Positions 49,160 through 59,800 of a stretch of DNA of 64,000 nucleotides are shown piece by piece; the first letter of the stretch is position 1; each line of letters starts with the position of its first letter. The position numbers were made by a program, and so were the translations under genes. The notes under the pieces are model-generated. The model saw only the letters and a list, made by a program, of their open reading frames with translations. It was not told the origin of the DNA and did no database searches. Source of the DNA: Promethearchaeota archaeon (GTDB lineage Archaea; Asgardarchaeota; Hermodarchaeia; Hermodarchaeales; Hermodarchaeaceae); contig JBHLPH010000009.1 in assembly GCA_048939625.1 (NCBI GenBank), positions 1-64,000 on the forward strand, given 5' to 3'.

Positions 49160-49906
49160 ATGGATAGAATGGACCAAGGTGCACGCGACAATCTACTCCG
49201 CAGTATAGCTGGTGAAATTACTTTAGCTGAGAATCCTGGGCGAATCATGCGCAAATGGCGGGAACAATTTGGCGTCGCCCAGCATGAATTAGCCGATCAC
49301 CTTGGGATTTCTCCTTCAGTGATAAGTGATTATGAAAGTGGTCGGAGAAAATCACCACGAGTTGAAACAATTCGAAAATTTGCTGAAAGTCTTATATCAA
49401 TTGATGAAAGCCGGGGAAGCCAAATTGTAAAGGCTTTCATCCGGCTACTTGGCCAGGAGATTCCTTCGGATATTTTATTAGACATACGAGAGTTTCCTGC
49501 TGCAATTCCTGTAAAACTGCTTACCGATCACTTAGAGTGCAAAACGGTTGTTGAAGATATTATTCAAGATCGTGAAATTTTTGGTTACACGACTATTGAT
49601 AGTCTCCGAGCCATTCTCCAACTCTCTCCTGAGCAAATGTTGAAACTATATGGAGCGACTCCACACCGTGCCGCAATCTTTACTCGCGTTAGTACAGGTC
49701 GGTCGCCAATGGTTGCTATTCGAACATCACAAATGGGATTGGGACCTGCAGTACGCCCCTCAGTTGTCATTCTTCATGGACCTAAAAAAGTAGATTCTGT
49801 TGCCTGTAAAATTGCGGAAGTTGAAAAGATTCCTCTATACCTTTCTTCTATCAAAGAAACCGAAGACCTAGTAAAAAGGCTGCGAAACTTTAAGCCCGGG
49901 GTGTAA
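49160..49906 (+). CDS. XRE/HTH transcriptional regulator (archaeal)
   Basis: IAGEITL, KWRE.F...Q.ELA, SPSVISDYESGRRKSP, VSTGRSPMVA; start at ATG 49160. Confidence 0.88.
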   Translation: MDRMDQGARDNLLRSIAGEITLAENPGRIMRKWREQFGVAQHELADHLGISPSVISDYESGRRKSPRVETIRKFAESLISIDESRGSQIVKAFIRLLGQEIPSDILLDIREFPAAIPVKLLTDHLECKTVVEDIIQDREIFGYTTIDSLRAILQLSPEQMLKLYGATPHRAAIFTRVSTGRSPMVAIRTSQMGLGPAVRPSVVILHGPKKVDSVACKIAEVEKIPLYLSSIKETEDLVKRLRNFKPGV

Positions 49907-49914
49907 ACCAAGAA

Positions 49915-50682
49915 GTGCATGCCATTTATTTTGTTGGTACAGCAGGATCAGGAAAATCAACTCTAACGGATCAGTTCGCTCGTTGGTTACGGGATTCTAA
50001 AATCAGTGTAGGTACCGTAAATCTAGACCCGGGTGTCTTACAACTTCCTTATGGGCCGGATATCGACGTTAGAGATTTTGTCTCACTTCAAGGAACTATG
50101 GAAAAATACAACTTGGGTCCTAATGGTGGGCTAATCGCTTCTATCGATTTAATAAGCTCCCACTTAGAAACTCTTCAAGATGAAATCAAAGACCTTGGCG
50201 TCGATTTCTTATTATTTGATACTCCAGGGCAAATTGAATTGTTTGCATTTCGAGAGACCGGACCAATTATTGTATCGAGTCTTGGTGAAAAAAGCAAAAT
50301 GCTCATTTATCTAGTCGATGCCGCATTAGGGAAAACCCCTGCCGGAATGATTTCATCGCTTTTGCTTTCCGCTTCTGTACTAGTTCGTTTTAATTTACCT
50401 CAACTGAATGTATTATCTAGAGCTGACCTTCTTAGTGAGGAGCAATTAGAGCAATTAACAAGCTGGCTTGATGATAGTGCTCAGCTAATTTTCGCGCTTC
50501 AGGAAACAAGAAACGAATTACAAATTGAGCTTTCGAGCGACCTAGTCAATGCCATTCAGCGTATCTTTTCTGGGTTAGATGTAGTCCCTGTGTCTGCCTT
50601 GAATCTGGAAAATTTAGATCTTCTATTTTCTCACGTCTCGAATGTCTTAACTGGCGGAGAAGGATTTGAAGTCTTTAGATAA
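49915..50682 (+). CDS. GPN-loop GTPase
   Basis: GTAGSGKST, NLDP, LGPNG, DTPGQIELF. Confidence 0.93.
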   Translation: MHAIYFVGTAGSGKSTLTDQFARWLRDSKISVGTVNLDPGVLQLPYGPDIDVRDFVSLQGTMEKYNLGPNGGLIASIDLISSHLETLQDEIKDLGVDFLLFDTPGQIELFAFRETGPIIVSSLGEKSKMLIYLVDAALGKTPAGMISSLLLSASVLVRFNLPQLNVLSRADLLSEEQLEQLTSWLDDSAQLIFALQETRNELQIELSSDLVNAIQRIFSGLDVVPVSALNLENLDLLFSHVSNVLTGGEGFEVFR

Positions 50683-50745
50683 TGTTATTCGACTAAAAGG
50701 TTTTAATTTGGCATCGCTTGATGTATGAGCTACCCGGTGAAGTGT

Positions 50746-51459
50746 ATGTCGAAAGTCGATGATATCATCTCAACTGCTCGTTCAGAAAATCGTACTTATC
50801 TCCTCGAACATGAATCAAAGAAAATATTGCAAATCTACAAATTACCTGTAACTACCTTTCAAATCGCCGAAACTCAGGAGGCTGCGGTCAAAGCCGCGGA
50901 CACAATTGGTTATCCTGTGGTTCTTAAAATTCTAAGCCCAGATGTCATTCACAAAAGTGACGTTGGCGGAGTTCTAATTAATCTTAAAGATGCCGATGCA
51001 GTCCGCGACGGTTATCAGAAGATAATCTCTAGTGTTAAGAAGCACAAAAAAGATGCAAGAATCCGGGGCATATTTGTTGAAGAATTTGCAGCCAAGGGCG
51101 TTGAAGTTATTATAGGCGCAATAAAAGATCCCCAATTTGGACCTGCTCTTATGTTTGGTTTAGGGGGAATTTTTGTCGAGGTTCTTAAGGATGTAAGCTT
51201 TCGAGTTGCACCAATCACCAAGTATGATGCTCAAGAAATGATCCAAGACATCAAGGGCTATCCTATACTTACTGGTATTCGTGGACAGGAACCTCGTGAC
51301 ATTAACGCTTTGATGAATATCTTGTTACAGGTCTCAAAATTAGTCATAGACTACCCAGTTATCAATCAGCTTGATCTAAATCCCGTCTTTTCATATGCTA
51401 AAGGCGCGAAGTGTGTGGATGCACGGATAATCTTAGAAGACCTCGACCAATCTCAATAG
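50746..51459 (+). CDS. ADP-forming acyl-CoA synthetase beta subunit (ATP-grasp)
   Basis: LLE.E.K, GYPVVLK, HKSDVGGV, DPQFGP..MFGLGG, DLNP, DARI. Confidence 0.9.
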   Translation: MSKVDDIISTARSENRTYLLEHESKKILQIYKLPVTTFQIAETQEAAVKAADTIGYPVVLKILSPDVIHKSDVGGVLINLKDADAVRDGYQKIISSVKKHKKDARIRGIFVEEFAAKGVEVIIGAIKDPQFGPALMFGLGGIFVEVLKDVSFRVAPITKYDAQEMIQDIKGYPILTGIRGQEPRDINALMNILLQVSKLVIDYPVINQLDLNPVFSYAKGAKCVDARIILEDLDQSQ

Positions 51460-51513
51460 ATTCTTTCCTTTTTGTTGACGTATTACCAATCTTGGTGTAA
51501 AGCTCCGTTAGTT

Positions 51514-51972
51514 GTGAACTGCCCCTACATCACTGTAGAGGCTTCCATCGAGTCCACTCCCAAGTGTAAGCGTGGGAAAGCTGTGTGTCGATGCAAACCA
51601 CGCAAGAATGCTTGTAATGGCTCCCCGTTCACAGGGGGTTGCTGCAATAGGAACCGCACCATGATATTAACTGCCGCGTTCTGGTCTCGGTCTAGGACGG
51701 TTCCACAATTGCATTGAATGGTGCGCTCCGATAGTCGCCGCGGTCGTACCTTGCCACAAACACAACATTTCTGAGTAGTTCCGGCTTCGTCAATTCTTAT
51801 TAGACTTTTCCCTACTTTCTTGGTTTTGTAGGTTAGTTTTCCAATGGTATAGTCTTTCAGCAAGGGCAAAGTTGTAGAGAAGACGACATTTTTCAGAGAG
51901 AGCCCATAAGATGCGGGCTTGAGCTTTCGTGGGTTTGATGGGGATTTTGTAAGTAAGCAACATCGAAGGCAT
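51514..51972 (-). mobile_element. tnpB: Internally deleted IS200/IS605 (IS1341-like) tnpB remnant
   Basis: N-terminal frame TYKIPIKPT.AQ...CR.LYN.AL joined out of frame to C-terminal LTYK...TTQKCC.CG...C.CG..LDRD.NAA.NI; ends ...GGGGCAGTTCAC. Left end not defined. Confidence 0.85.
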
Positions 51973-52158
51973 ATTAAGGAAATATGGGTTTACGGTGAAT
52001 TTTCAGTCTCTAGGGGAGAGGGGTGCGGATAGCTATTCAGATAATTACTCCCCACGTTGAAAAAAGGGAAAAGTTTAACAAAAAGATTAAAAATCCCTTT
52101 TCTATACACCCTCCCCCTCCAAAATCCCATGATATGTTTTCTTAAATAAGGTGGTCTA

Positions 52159-53028
52159 GTGTCGGAGGACGCTGTTCTTCAGCTAGCCGAAATAAATCGG
52201 CTTGCAGCAACATTGCGAGAGAAACGAGATGAGCTGAATAACGAAGCTCAAAAACTAGTTAAAGAAAGGGATAAGCTCAATGCCCAAGTTGCAGAGTGGC
52301 TATCTAAGGCTCGCGACCACCGCGAAAAGCGTGATGAGTATAACCAAAAGGTAGCTGAGTTCAAAGTCAAACGGGATGAAATCTATACGAAACTCAAAGA
52401 AAAGGTTGATGAGAGACAAGGAAATGAAGATGACGCTGAAGAAATTCAGAAAAAAACTTCTGCTCCTTCTCATGTTATCCGGCGAAAAATCCGTGAACTA
52501 GATTGGTCCTTACAGACACAGGTTTTAGACTTGAAAAGAGAACGCGAAATCATCGAACAAATTGCTGAGCTCGAAGCTGAGTTGAAAGTCGCTGAAGACG
52601 CAGCAGCAAAACGCAAAGAAAGTGCAAAGGCTCGAACAGAAATTGAGGATTTAAGACTACTAATGAATGCTCATCATAATTCAGTTCTCGAATTTGCACG
52701 CCTTTCGCAAGAAGAAAATCAACTTATGATAGAAGCTTATGCAGAAGTAGATGCTCTTAGAAAGAGAGCTGACGAATCCCATCGTCGGTATTTAGAGACT
52801 CGCCGTGAGGCGGATGAGACGCATCGACGCTATATTGAAGCCAGACAGGAGAATAGTCGACTCAGAAAGGAATTGGGTGAGTTTCGCGTCCGACAACGTG
52901 TAGAGAAGATTCAAGCCATGGAAGAGCGCCTCGAGGAGAAAACTACGGTTGCTCTTGAAAAACATAAGCGTGGAGAACGGCTTACCATGGAAGAATTTTC
53001 TTTGCTTATGAAACGTGGGCTTTTATAG
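52159..53028 (+). CDS. Archaeal coiled-coil protein (COG1340-like)
   Basis: Repeated RDELN motifs, LQT..L...E, C-terminal KRGE.LT.EE. Confidence 0.82.
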   Translation: MSEDAVLQLAEINRLAATLREKRDELNNEAQKLVKERDKLNAQVAEWLSKARDHREKRDEYNQKVAEFKVKRDEIYTKLKEKVDERQGNEDDAEEIQKKTSAPSHVIRRKIRELDWSLQTQVLDLKREREIIEQIAELEAELKVAEDAAAKRKESAKARTEIEDLRLLMNAHHNSVLEFARLSQEENQLMIEAYAEVDALRKRADESHRRYLETRREADETHRRYIEARQENSRLRKELGEFRVRQRVEKIQAMEERLEEKTTVALEKHKRGERLTMEEFSLLMKRGLL

Positions 53029-53033
53029 GAACT

Positions 53034-53453
53034 TCAATTGGCGATTGGAAGCACGACATCTGCAGCATTCTGTAATCCTGTGTTTAGCTTTTCTGCGGTA
53101 TAGAGTAGAATCACTTCTTTACCGAGTTCTCGGGCACGGCTAAATAGGGGTAGAAGTTTTTCATTTTCCGTTGCAAAAGCGATGGTTTGAATTTTTTCGT
53201 TATAAATAAACTCCATCGCTTCTAAGGCAAAATGAATATCGAGATCATCATGAACTATAACAGGGATGAAGCCTTCCTGTGAAATAAGCTTAGAATATTC
53301 AGTAGCTTGTTTTTGAAGAATAACAACTTTGCCTACTTTTATGTCGCCAAGTTCGTCTAATAATGGTCGAAGCTTAAGTAATATCTCTGAAAGGTCTGAT
53401 GAAAAACTGCTATCGACTAACAAAGCTACTGCATTTTTCTTTTTTCGTCTCAT
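53034..53453 (-). CDS. NYN/PIN-domain protein (TIGR00288-like, degenerate)
   Basis: VALLVD, D.D...A.EA, PL....RELGKEVI, LQNAAD. Confidence 0.75.
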   Translation of the reverse strand: MRRKKKNAVALLVDSSFSSDLSEILLKLRPLLDELGDIKVGKVVILQKQATEYSKLISQEGFIPVIVHDDLDIHFALEAMEFIYNEKIQTIAFATENEKLLPLFSRARELGKEVILLYTAEKLNTGLQNAADVVLPIAN

Positions 53454-53464
53454 TTGGCTCTCTC

Positions 53465-54256
53465 CTAGTTACCGAACCTTCGATCTCTTCGTTGGTAAGT
53501 ACGTAAGGCACGCCAAAAATCGATTTTCCTTATATCTGGCCAATACACATCTGCAAAATAGAGTTCAGAATATGCTGACTGCCATAATAAGAACCCTGAC
53601 AGTCTCTCCTCTCCAGAGGTCCGAATGATTAACTCTGGATCAGCAATTCCTGCCGTGTAGAGGTGTTTTTCTATAGTGGAATCTGAAATTTCTGAGGGAT
53701 CCAAAGTTCCATTTTGAACCTTTTTTGCTATACTTTTTACTGCATCAACAATCTCCATTCGTCCGCCATACCCTATTGCCACATTCAACTGAAATTTATC
53801 ATAGTTAGTAGTCACTGATTCTGCTTCTTGAATGGCATCAAGTACAGAAGGAGGAAGAAGCGCTAATTGACCTATTGCACGAACTCGAACCTTGTGACGA
53901 TGGACAACCTCTGAGCGCGCAACAGTCTCGAATCTTTGTTGGGCTAAATCCATAATATGTTGAACTTCTTCTTCCTTTCGTGAAAAATTCTCAGTTGAAA
54001 ACACATAAATGGTTACGACTTTGACCCCAGCTTCAAAACACCAGTCAAGGACCTCATCAATTCGTTGAGCTCCTATGGTGTGCCCAAAGCTGCTATCCTG
54101 ATTTTGCTGTTTTGCAAATCGCCTATTCCCATCTAATATTATCCCGACATGGGTTGGCATCGGATTATCTTTGATTTGGCGCCAAAGATACCATGAATAA
54201 AGGTGATAGATAGGTCCAATAAGATTTGTCAAAGTCAGTTCTCCGGTTAAAGGCAA
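53465..54256 (-). CDS. uppS: cis-polyprenyl diphosphate synthase
   Basis: HVGIILDGNRR, FSTENF.R, YGGR.EI, IRTSGE.RLSGFL.WQ, RRFG. Confidence 0.95.
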   Translation of the reverse strand: MPLTGELTLTNLIGPIYHLYSWYLWRQIKDNPMPTHVGIILDGNRRFAKQQNQDSSFGHTIGAQRIDEVLDWCFEAGVKVVTIYVFSTENFSRKEEEVQHIMDLAQQRFETVARSEVVHRHKVRVRAIGQLALLPPSVLDAIQEAESVTTNYDKFQLNVAIGYGGRMEIVDAVKSIAKKVQNGTLDPSEISDSTIEKHLYTAGIADPELIIRTSGEERLSGFLLWQSAYSELYFADVYWPDIRKIDFWRALRTYQRRDRRFGN

Positions 54257-54301
54257 AAGCCCAGGATATTTAATCTTTCTTTTTAGAAACTATCTAAGCA
54301 A

Positions 54302-54685
54302 TTATCGGTCTAATTTCTTTGCAATTTTCTTAGCAGCTCGTTCCATATTGATAAAAACCAAGCCAAGACCCGCAAGAGATTCGGTTTTTGTACTAACCAT
54401 TAGAACCGAATCAGATCCCGCGGCAACCATGATCACTGCTCCTGTTCCCCCTTGCGCAAATACCTGATGTAATGCTCCTTTCCCCAAATCGGAGGCTGCC
54501 CTTTCGCCAACCGTCAGTAAAGCCGCGCTCATTGCAGCTAATAACGTTTCGTCGTATCCTTCTGGCAGTTTCGCCGCAATTGGTAAACCATCAACACCTA
54601 CAACTACCGCTGCTTCAATTTCCTCAACCGTATCAGTTAGACTCTCTAAAATTTTCTCAATTTCGGGTGAACTCGGAATCATCAA
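54302..54685 (-). CDS. Roadblock/LC7 (MglB-like) protein
   Basis: AAVVV..DGLPIA, AAMSAA...GE. Confidence 0.88.
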   Translation of the reverse strand: MMIPSSPEIEKILESLTDTVEEIEAAVVVGVDGLPIAAKLPEGYDETLLAAMSAALLTVGERAASDLGKGALHQVFAQGGTGAVIMVAAGSDSVLMVSTKTESLAGLGLVFINMERAAKKIAKKLDR

Positions 54686-54692
54686 CGTTCTT

Positions 54693-55280
54693 CTAACTCG
54701 CGGATGCTTTTGCAGACGTCTTAGGGTACAAATGGTACATCAAGATATCGCGAGTTACTTGGCGAAACGCGCGTTTAACATTTTCACCTGTTAAGGCGCA
54801 AGTGGTAAAGTTTGGCGCGTTTCCCAATCCCAGCTTCGCAAGCATGACATTCTTTTTCATTGCACTGGGTAAATCCTGCTTATTCAACATAACTACAAGA
54901 CTTATGGAGTGCCCAAGATCTTCACTAACGAAGGAACGCAACTCTGCCATACTTTCGATGTTTGCTTCCATCTGATCCGGAGATGAATCTGCAACAAAAA
55001 TAATGCCATCAACACCGCTTAAGATGACCTTTCGCTGTCCCCGATGACGTCGCTGTCCAGCAACTGTGTAAACATCAAAAACTACCTGCGCTGTTGCCTG
55101 CATTGGTGTATAATCAAAAAAGAGAGTTCTTCCTGTATGATCTGCAACCGACGTGAAGCCACCTTTATTTAACCCTTCAATGTTATCATATATCCATCGA
55201 AGCGCTGTTGTCTTGCCCGATAACGAGGGTCCCCAGAAGACGATTTTAAAATGTATTCTTCCCTGTGTGTCTTTCTTCAA
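54693..55280 (-). CDS. MglA-like small GTPase
   Basis: KIVFWGPSLSGKTT, RTLFFD, YTVAGQ, GVDGIIFVADS, NKQD. Confidence 0.9.
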   Translation of the reverse strand: MKKDTQGRIHFKIVFWGPSLSGKTTALRWIYDNIEGLNKGGFTSVADHTGRTLFFDYTPMQATAQVVFDVYTVAGQRRHRGQRKVILSGVDGIIFVADSSPDQMEANIESMAELRSFVSEDLGHSISLVVMLNKQDLPSAMKKNVMLAKLGLGNAPNFTTCALTGENVKRAFRQVTRDILMYHLYPKTSAKASAS

Positions 55281-55327
55281 AGTAGGACGGCTCCTTCTAT
55301 GTTCGCGTTGCTCTTATCCCGTCCCCA

Positions 55328-55798
55328 CTAACCCTTCTCGAGTTCTCCTAAGGCGGCTTTAAGCTCTTCCCGCTCGGCGTCTGTCTTTCCAGCTGCCACT
55401 GCGGGTTTTTCGGCCATAAACTCGTCAAGTACCTTTGCAAGTTCAGCTGCTGCTTTCATCATTGTTAGGCGTATCATACCGATATTAACTTCCTTATCGG
55501 TAATCACACACAAAACACCTTTTCCTGCACCAGCTGCAAAGATCTTACCATCACCAAACTCCGATGTCACGATTGTCAAATCACCTACATCCAAGCTCTT
55601 TCCCTGTTCTTCACTTGCACAAAAAACAGCACTAGCAATTGCACCAATGCCGTCCACGTCAACAGGGTAGTATGAGAATTTGGAAACGTGGGCTATAGTT
55701 AATCCTGTTCGGTCGACCAGAATTGTTTTTTTGATTCCTGGTTCAGATTTGATGACATCAGAGAGGATTTCATCAAATTGTCGTACGGTTATGGACAC
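55328..55798 (-). CDS. Roadblock/LC7 (MglB-like) protein
   Basis: LVDRTGL.IA, GA.AS..F, E...GKI, N.G.IR. Confidence 0.85.
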   Translation of the reverse strand: MSITVRQFDEILSDVIKSEPGIKKTILVDRTGLTIAHVSKFSYYPVDVDGIGAIASAVFCASEEQGKSLDVGDLTIVTSEFGDGKIFAAGAGKGVLCVITDKEVNIGMIRLTMMKAAAELAKVLDEFMAEKPAVAAGKTDAEREELKAALGELEKG

Positions 55799-55878
55799 GG
55801 TTCATCCCTTTCCATGGGGCTAGCCGAGCTTATCTTAGGGAGATGACTTTTAATTCTTGTGTGGAGAACGTGGGGTCC

Positions 55879-56178
55879 TCATCCTCGCATGACGATGAGA
55901 ATGTAGTCTTCTTCGGGGGCGACCATGACTTCTCCTCGAGGTGTTGAGATGGTGAGAAAATTCATACCGCCCTCTCCTAGTTCATCTACAACACGTTTGG
56001 CTTTGCCTACAAGTGAAGTAACCAGTGCTGCGATGACTTCAGTTTTTTCTGCGTTCAAATTGGAGCTGATTGGTAGACCTTCCATATTTGTGATGATCAC
56101 ACCCCGAACACCTTCATGAGCGCCGAGGCGTTTGAGTGAGTCTTTTAGTGCTTTTCCGCCAATCATTGTACTCCACAC
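55879..56178 (-). CDS. Roadblock/LC7 (dynein light chain-like) protein
   Basis: GV.G.II.N.EG.PI.S, FL.I.T...EV.VAP...Y.LIV. Confidence 0.88.
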   Translation of the reverse strand: MWSTMIGGKALKDSLKRLGAHEGVRGVIITNMEGLPISSNLNAEKTEVIAALVTSLVGKAKRVVDELGEGGMNFLTISTPRGEVMVAPEEDYILIVMRG

Positions 56179-56351
56179 TCTCTAGCCACTGACTAGTGGT
56201 CTCTTATTGAAGTTATAAAAGTTCCCTCTTGTTCGGAGATAATGGCGAAGTTTTGAAAAAATCTACTCTTTCTGTCTTTCTGACGGACAGTTTTTAAACC
56301 AAGGAAACCCAATTCTTTTTATCGCAACCATATTGCCAAGATTCTCTGGCG

Positions 56352-56732
56352 ATGGGTGTGGCTTTCATGCTCGGAAAGAAAGAAGTTGAACAGATTCTTG
56401 CAGAAATAATGGACACTATACCCGAACTTGAAGGGCTTATTGCAGCCTCTCAAACAGGTAAGGTAATTGCTGGACAAACTCTGCGAGATATGGACCATAG
56501 TGCAATTACTTCAAGCGTCACTACTCTCTTGAAGGAAACAAAAACTGTAAGCAAAGCTGTCGATCAAGGTCCAGTACAATCGATGTATCTGGAAACAGAC
56601 AAAGGTTATACCGTGGCCGTCACCGCTTCGAAAACTCTTGTCATCGCCATCGCCGGAAAAGATGCAGCTCCTAGCCTAGGTCTAATTATTCGAAGCCTTC
56701 GTTCTGCTGTTGAAAAGATTGGCACTAGCTAA
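56352..56732 (+). CDS. Roadblock/LC7 domain protein
   Basis: IPELEG.I.....G..IA...G......E...G...LGLI. Confidence 0.75.
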   Translation: MGVAFMLGKKEVEQILAEIMDTIPELEGLIAASQTGKVIAGQTLRDMDHSAITSSVTTLLKETKTVSKAVDQGPVQSMYLETDKGYTVAVTASKTLVIAIAGKDAAPSLGLIIRSLRSAVEKIGTS

Positions 56733-56870
56733 CCTGTTTCCAATGAAATCCAAGCCAATCTTTTACTCCTTTCTAATTCAGGAGTAGATTCGAGACCTTT
56801 TTGTATGAGAAATGTCTCTCTCAGGGGCGTTTGACCAAACTATAAAAGTAAGAGTGTAGGCGTTTTTCAC

Positions 56871-59800
56871 GTGGCTTACTTACAACAAATCGTAATTCAA
56901 GGGTTCAAGAGTTTCAGTTCAAGAAAAATCGCAATTGATCTCAGTAGGGGATTTACCGCAATTGTTGGTGAAAATGGTTGTGGCAAAAGCAATATCTTGG
57001 ATGCAGTCTGTTTCGTACTTGGACGTCTAAGTAGTAAATCTTTACGTGCAGAAAATTTTGCTTCTTTACTTTTCAATGGTGGAGCAAATAATTCCCCTGC
57101 CAAATTAACTCGAGTCAGTTTGGTTTTCAATAATGTTGATAGACATTTTCCTATTGATTCTGATGAAATAACCATTAGCCGAGAGGTAGATGAAACGGGA
57201 ATCAGTGCCTACCGAATCGGAGGTAAACGGGTTACACGAACTGAAATGATTGATACAATTGCCGTTGCTGGACTACACCCAGAAGGTCACAACATAGTAA
57301 TGCAAAACGAGTTGGCCAACGTCATCACAATGACCCCAACTGAAATCCGTCAAATAGTTGAAGGAGTGGCAGGAATTTCAGTTTTTGATGAAAAGAAGCA
57401 ACAAATTGAAAGCGAATTGGTGAAGGTTGATCAAAATCTGCACATGGTACAACTCCGTACTGAAGAAATCCGCTTGGAATATTCTCGATTAGAAAGAGAT
57501 CGAAAGGATGCGCTCCGATGGCGAGAAATCACAGACAAGCTAACCAAACTCGAAAGAGATTTGGTTTTTGCCGAATTAGCCCGGATTGAAGAACGCTTGA
57601 ATGCTATGAAAGAAGAATTTGAAACATATTCCTCAAATATCAAGGAACTAGAAAAGCGACGTAAAGAAGCAAAAGATCGGAAACTTGAATTAGAACAAAA
57701 TGTGCTCGCTGATGAAAAGCACATCAAGGACTTGGATCAAAAGCAACGAAAAAATGAGCTTGAAGAAATACGTGCACGTGAAATTCTAAATAATCTCCAG
57801 CATACCTCTGACAAACTCACTCAAGAAAATGCACTCCTCTCAGCAAGCGTCAACCATCTTTCCTCTAAGGAATTAGAAGAACAGACTCGTTACTCAGAAT
57901 TGAATGAAGAAATTAAGACACTTAAAGCAGACGAAGATGCGTTGAAAGCTCAAATTGTGCCTATTCGTACCCGCCTCTCAGAGCTCTCGAAAGACACTGT
58001 TTCTCCAGACGCGGAGTATCTCTCACTGAGAGAAAAGATACTTGAACTAACTCAAGTCATCGAAACTAAAAAAAGTCAACTTGGAGAAACATCTGCTCTG
58101 ATTCAAGTTACCGAAAAGAGTGTCTCGGATCTGAAAACACAAATTGAAAAAAGTTATGCACTTCTTCCTGAGCAAGAATACGCAAGGGATGAAGCACAAA
58201 CTGAATGCCAAAATCTCGAAACCCAGCTTAAGAATCAAGAATCAGAAGTAGCAGAGTTATTTGATCAGAAAGCTGCTTTCCAAAAATCGATGCAAGAAAA
58301 ATTGGACAAACAGGAAGAACTCAATAATCTAATTCAAAACTCAAAAGAGGAACTCCTTGAAGTACAAACACGGTTGAAAACAATTCGTGAATTCAAGAAG
58401 TATGGATTAACAAGGAAAGCAGCAACTGAAGCGACGTTGAAATTTGCAAAGGAGAACAAAATCCCTGGTATATATGGGACACTTGGCAGCCTAGGAAAGA
58501 CTTCGACAAAACATGCCACTGCACTTGAGGTCGCAGGTGGTGGTCGACTTGATTTTATCGTTGTAGATACTGAAGAAACGGCAACAAAATGCATTGAACA
58601 CCTGAAAAAGAGTCGAATAGGACGTGCGACCTTCATTCCGCTTGATACAATTAAAACAAATCCATATTCATACAAAGGTGATCAGAAAGGAGTTGTCGGA
58701 AATGCGATTGATTTACTGACCTTTGATGAGAAATATCGTCCTGCATTTGACTATGTTTTTGGTCGCACACTCATTGTCAAGGATTTGAAAGTTGCACGAA
58801 ATATCAAAGCTTCAGGTGTCCGAAAAATCACTATTGATGGAGATGTTGTCGAACCTAATCGGACTCTAACAGGCGGATTCTATAAAGGGCTCTCGTCTTT
58901 GTCTCTCGAAGAAGAGACACGTATCCCGGAATTACAGAAAAAGCTCAAAGAATTACGTGCACTTCAAACCAAAGCCGCTGCTGAATACAAGGAATGGGTT
59001 GACAAAAATAACGAATTAGATGGTCAGGTTAGCCAGAAACAACAACAGCTTGAAGAATTGAAAAGTAAAGTTACCAAAGCAAATGAACTTGCAACCGTTC
59101 AAGAAGAAGCACTTATTGATTTTAAAGAAAGCATTTCAAAAATACGTGAATCATTAAAAGACAAACAAGAAACTCAACAAACATTAATCAATAAATTCCA
59201 AAAAGAAGAAGTCGTAATTGATGAGCTCATTAACAATCGAAAAGAACTACAAGATCACTTATCGTTACTAGAAAGAAGCAGTTTAGATCCGAATCTCACT
59301 GGGCTCCGCAAACAGCTAGACGACTATGAATCGCAACTTCAGCAAACACAACTCAGCTTAACCGAAAAAAATAGCGAGGCTCGCTTCTCACAAAGTGAAA
59401 TTAAAAGATTATCTACTGAATCATCTAATGCGAAAGCGGAATTGAAACAGAAAGAAAAAGAATTAGCGACTACCACTGAACAAATCCAGCAACACCAGAG
59501 CAAAATAGATGCCCTTGAAGCTGAAATAAATAAGCTGAACGAGCAAATTAGCACAATAGAAGAAAGAATTCTAGAAAGCGGAAAAGAATCGCGGCAATTA
59601 GAAACAACAATTGACGAAGTTTTTGATAAAATCAATGAAGTACAATTGAACCAATCAAAAATCGAAGGACGAATAGAACACTGGCAAGAACGCTATGATG
59701 CCCAAATGGAAAAAACCCAGGGCTTAGAACCTCCATTGCTTCCGCTAGAACCCAGTCAGGTACATAGCTTCCGCCGACAAATTTCAGAACTCCAACAGGA

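Noticed and set aside
52012-52056. GGGGAG...CTCCCC inverted repeat as the tnpB left end
   Set aside because: Plausible, but the cleavage tetranucleotide and boundary could not be fixed without other copies
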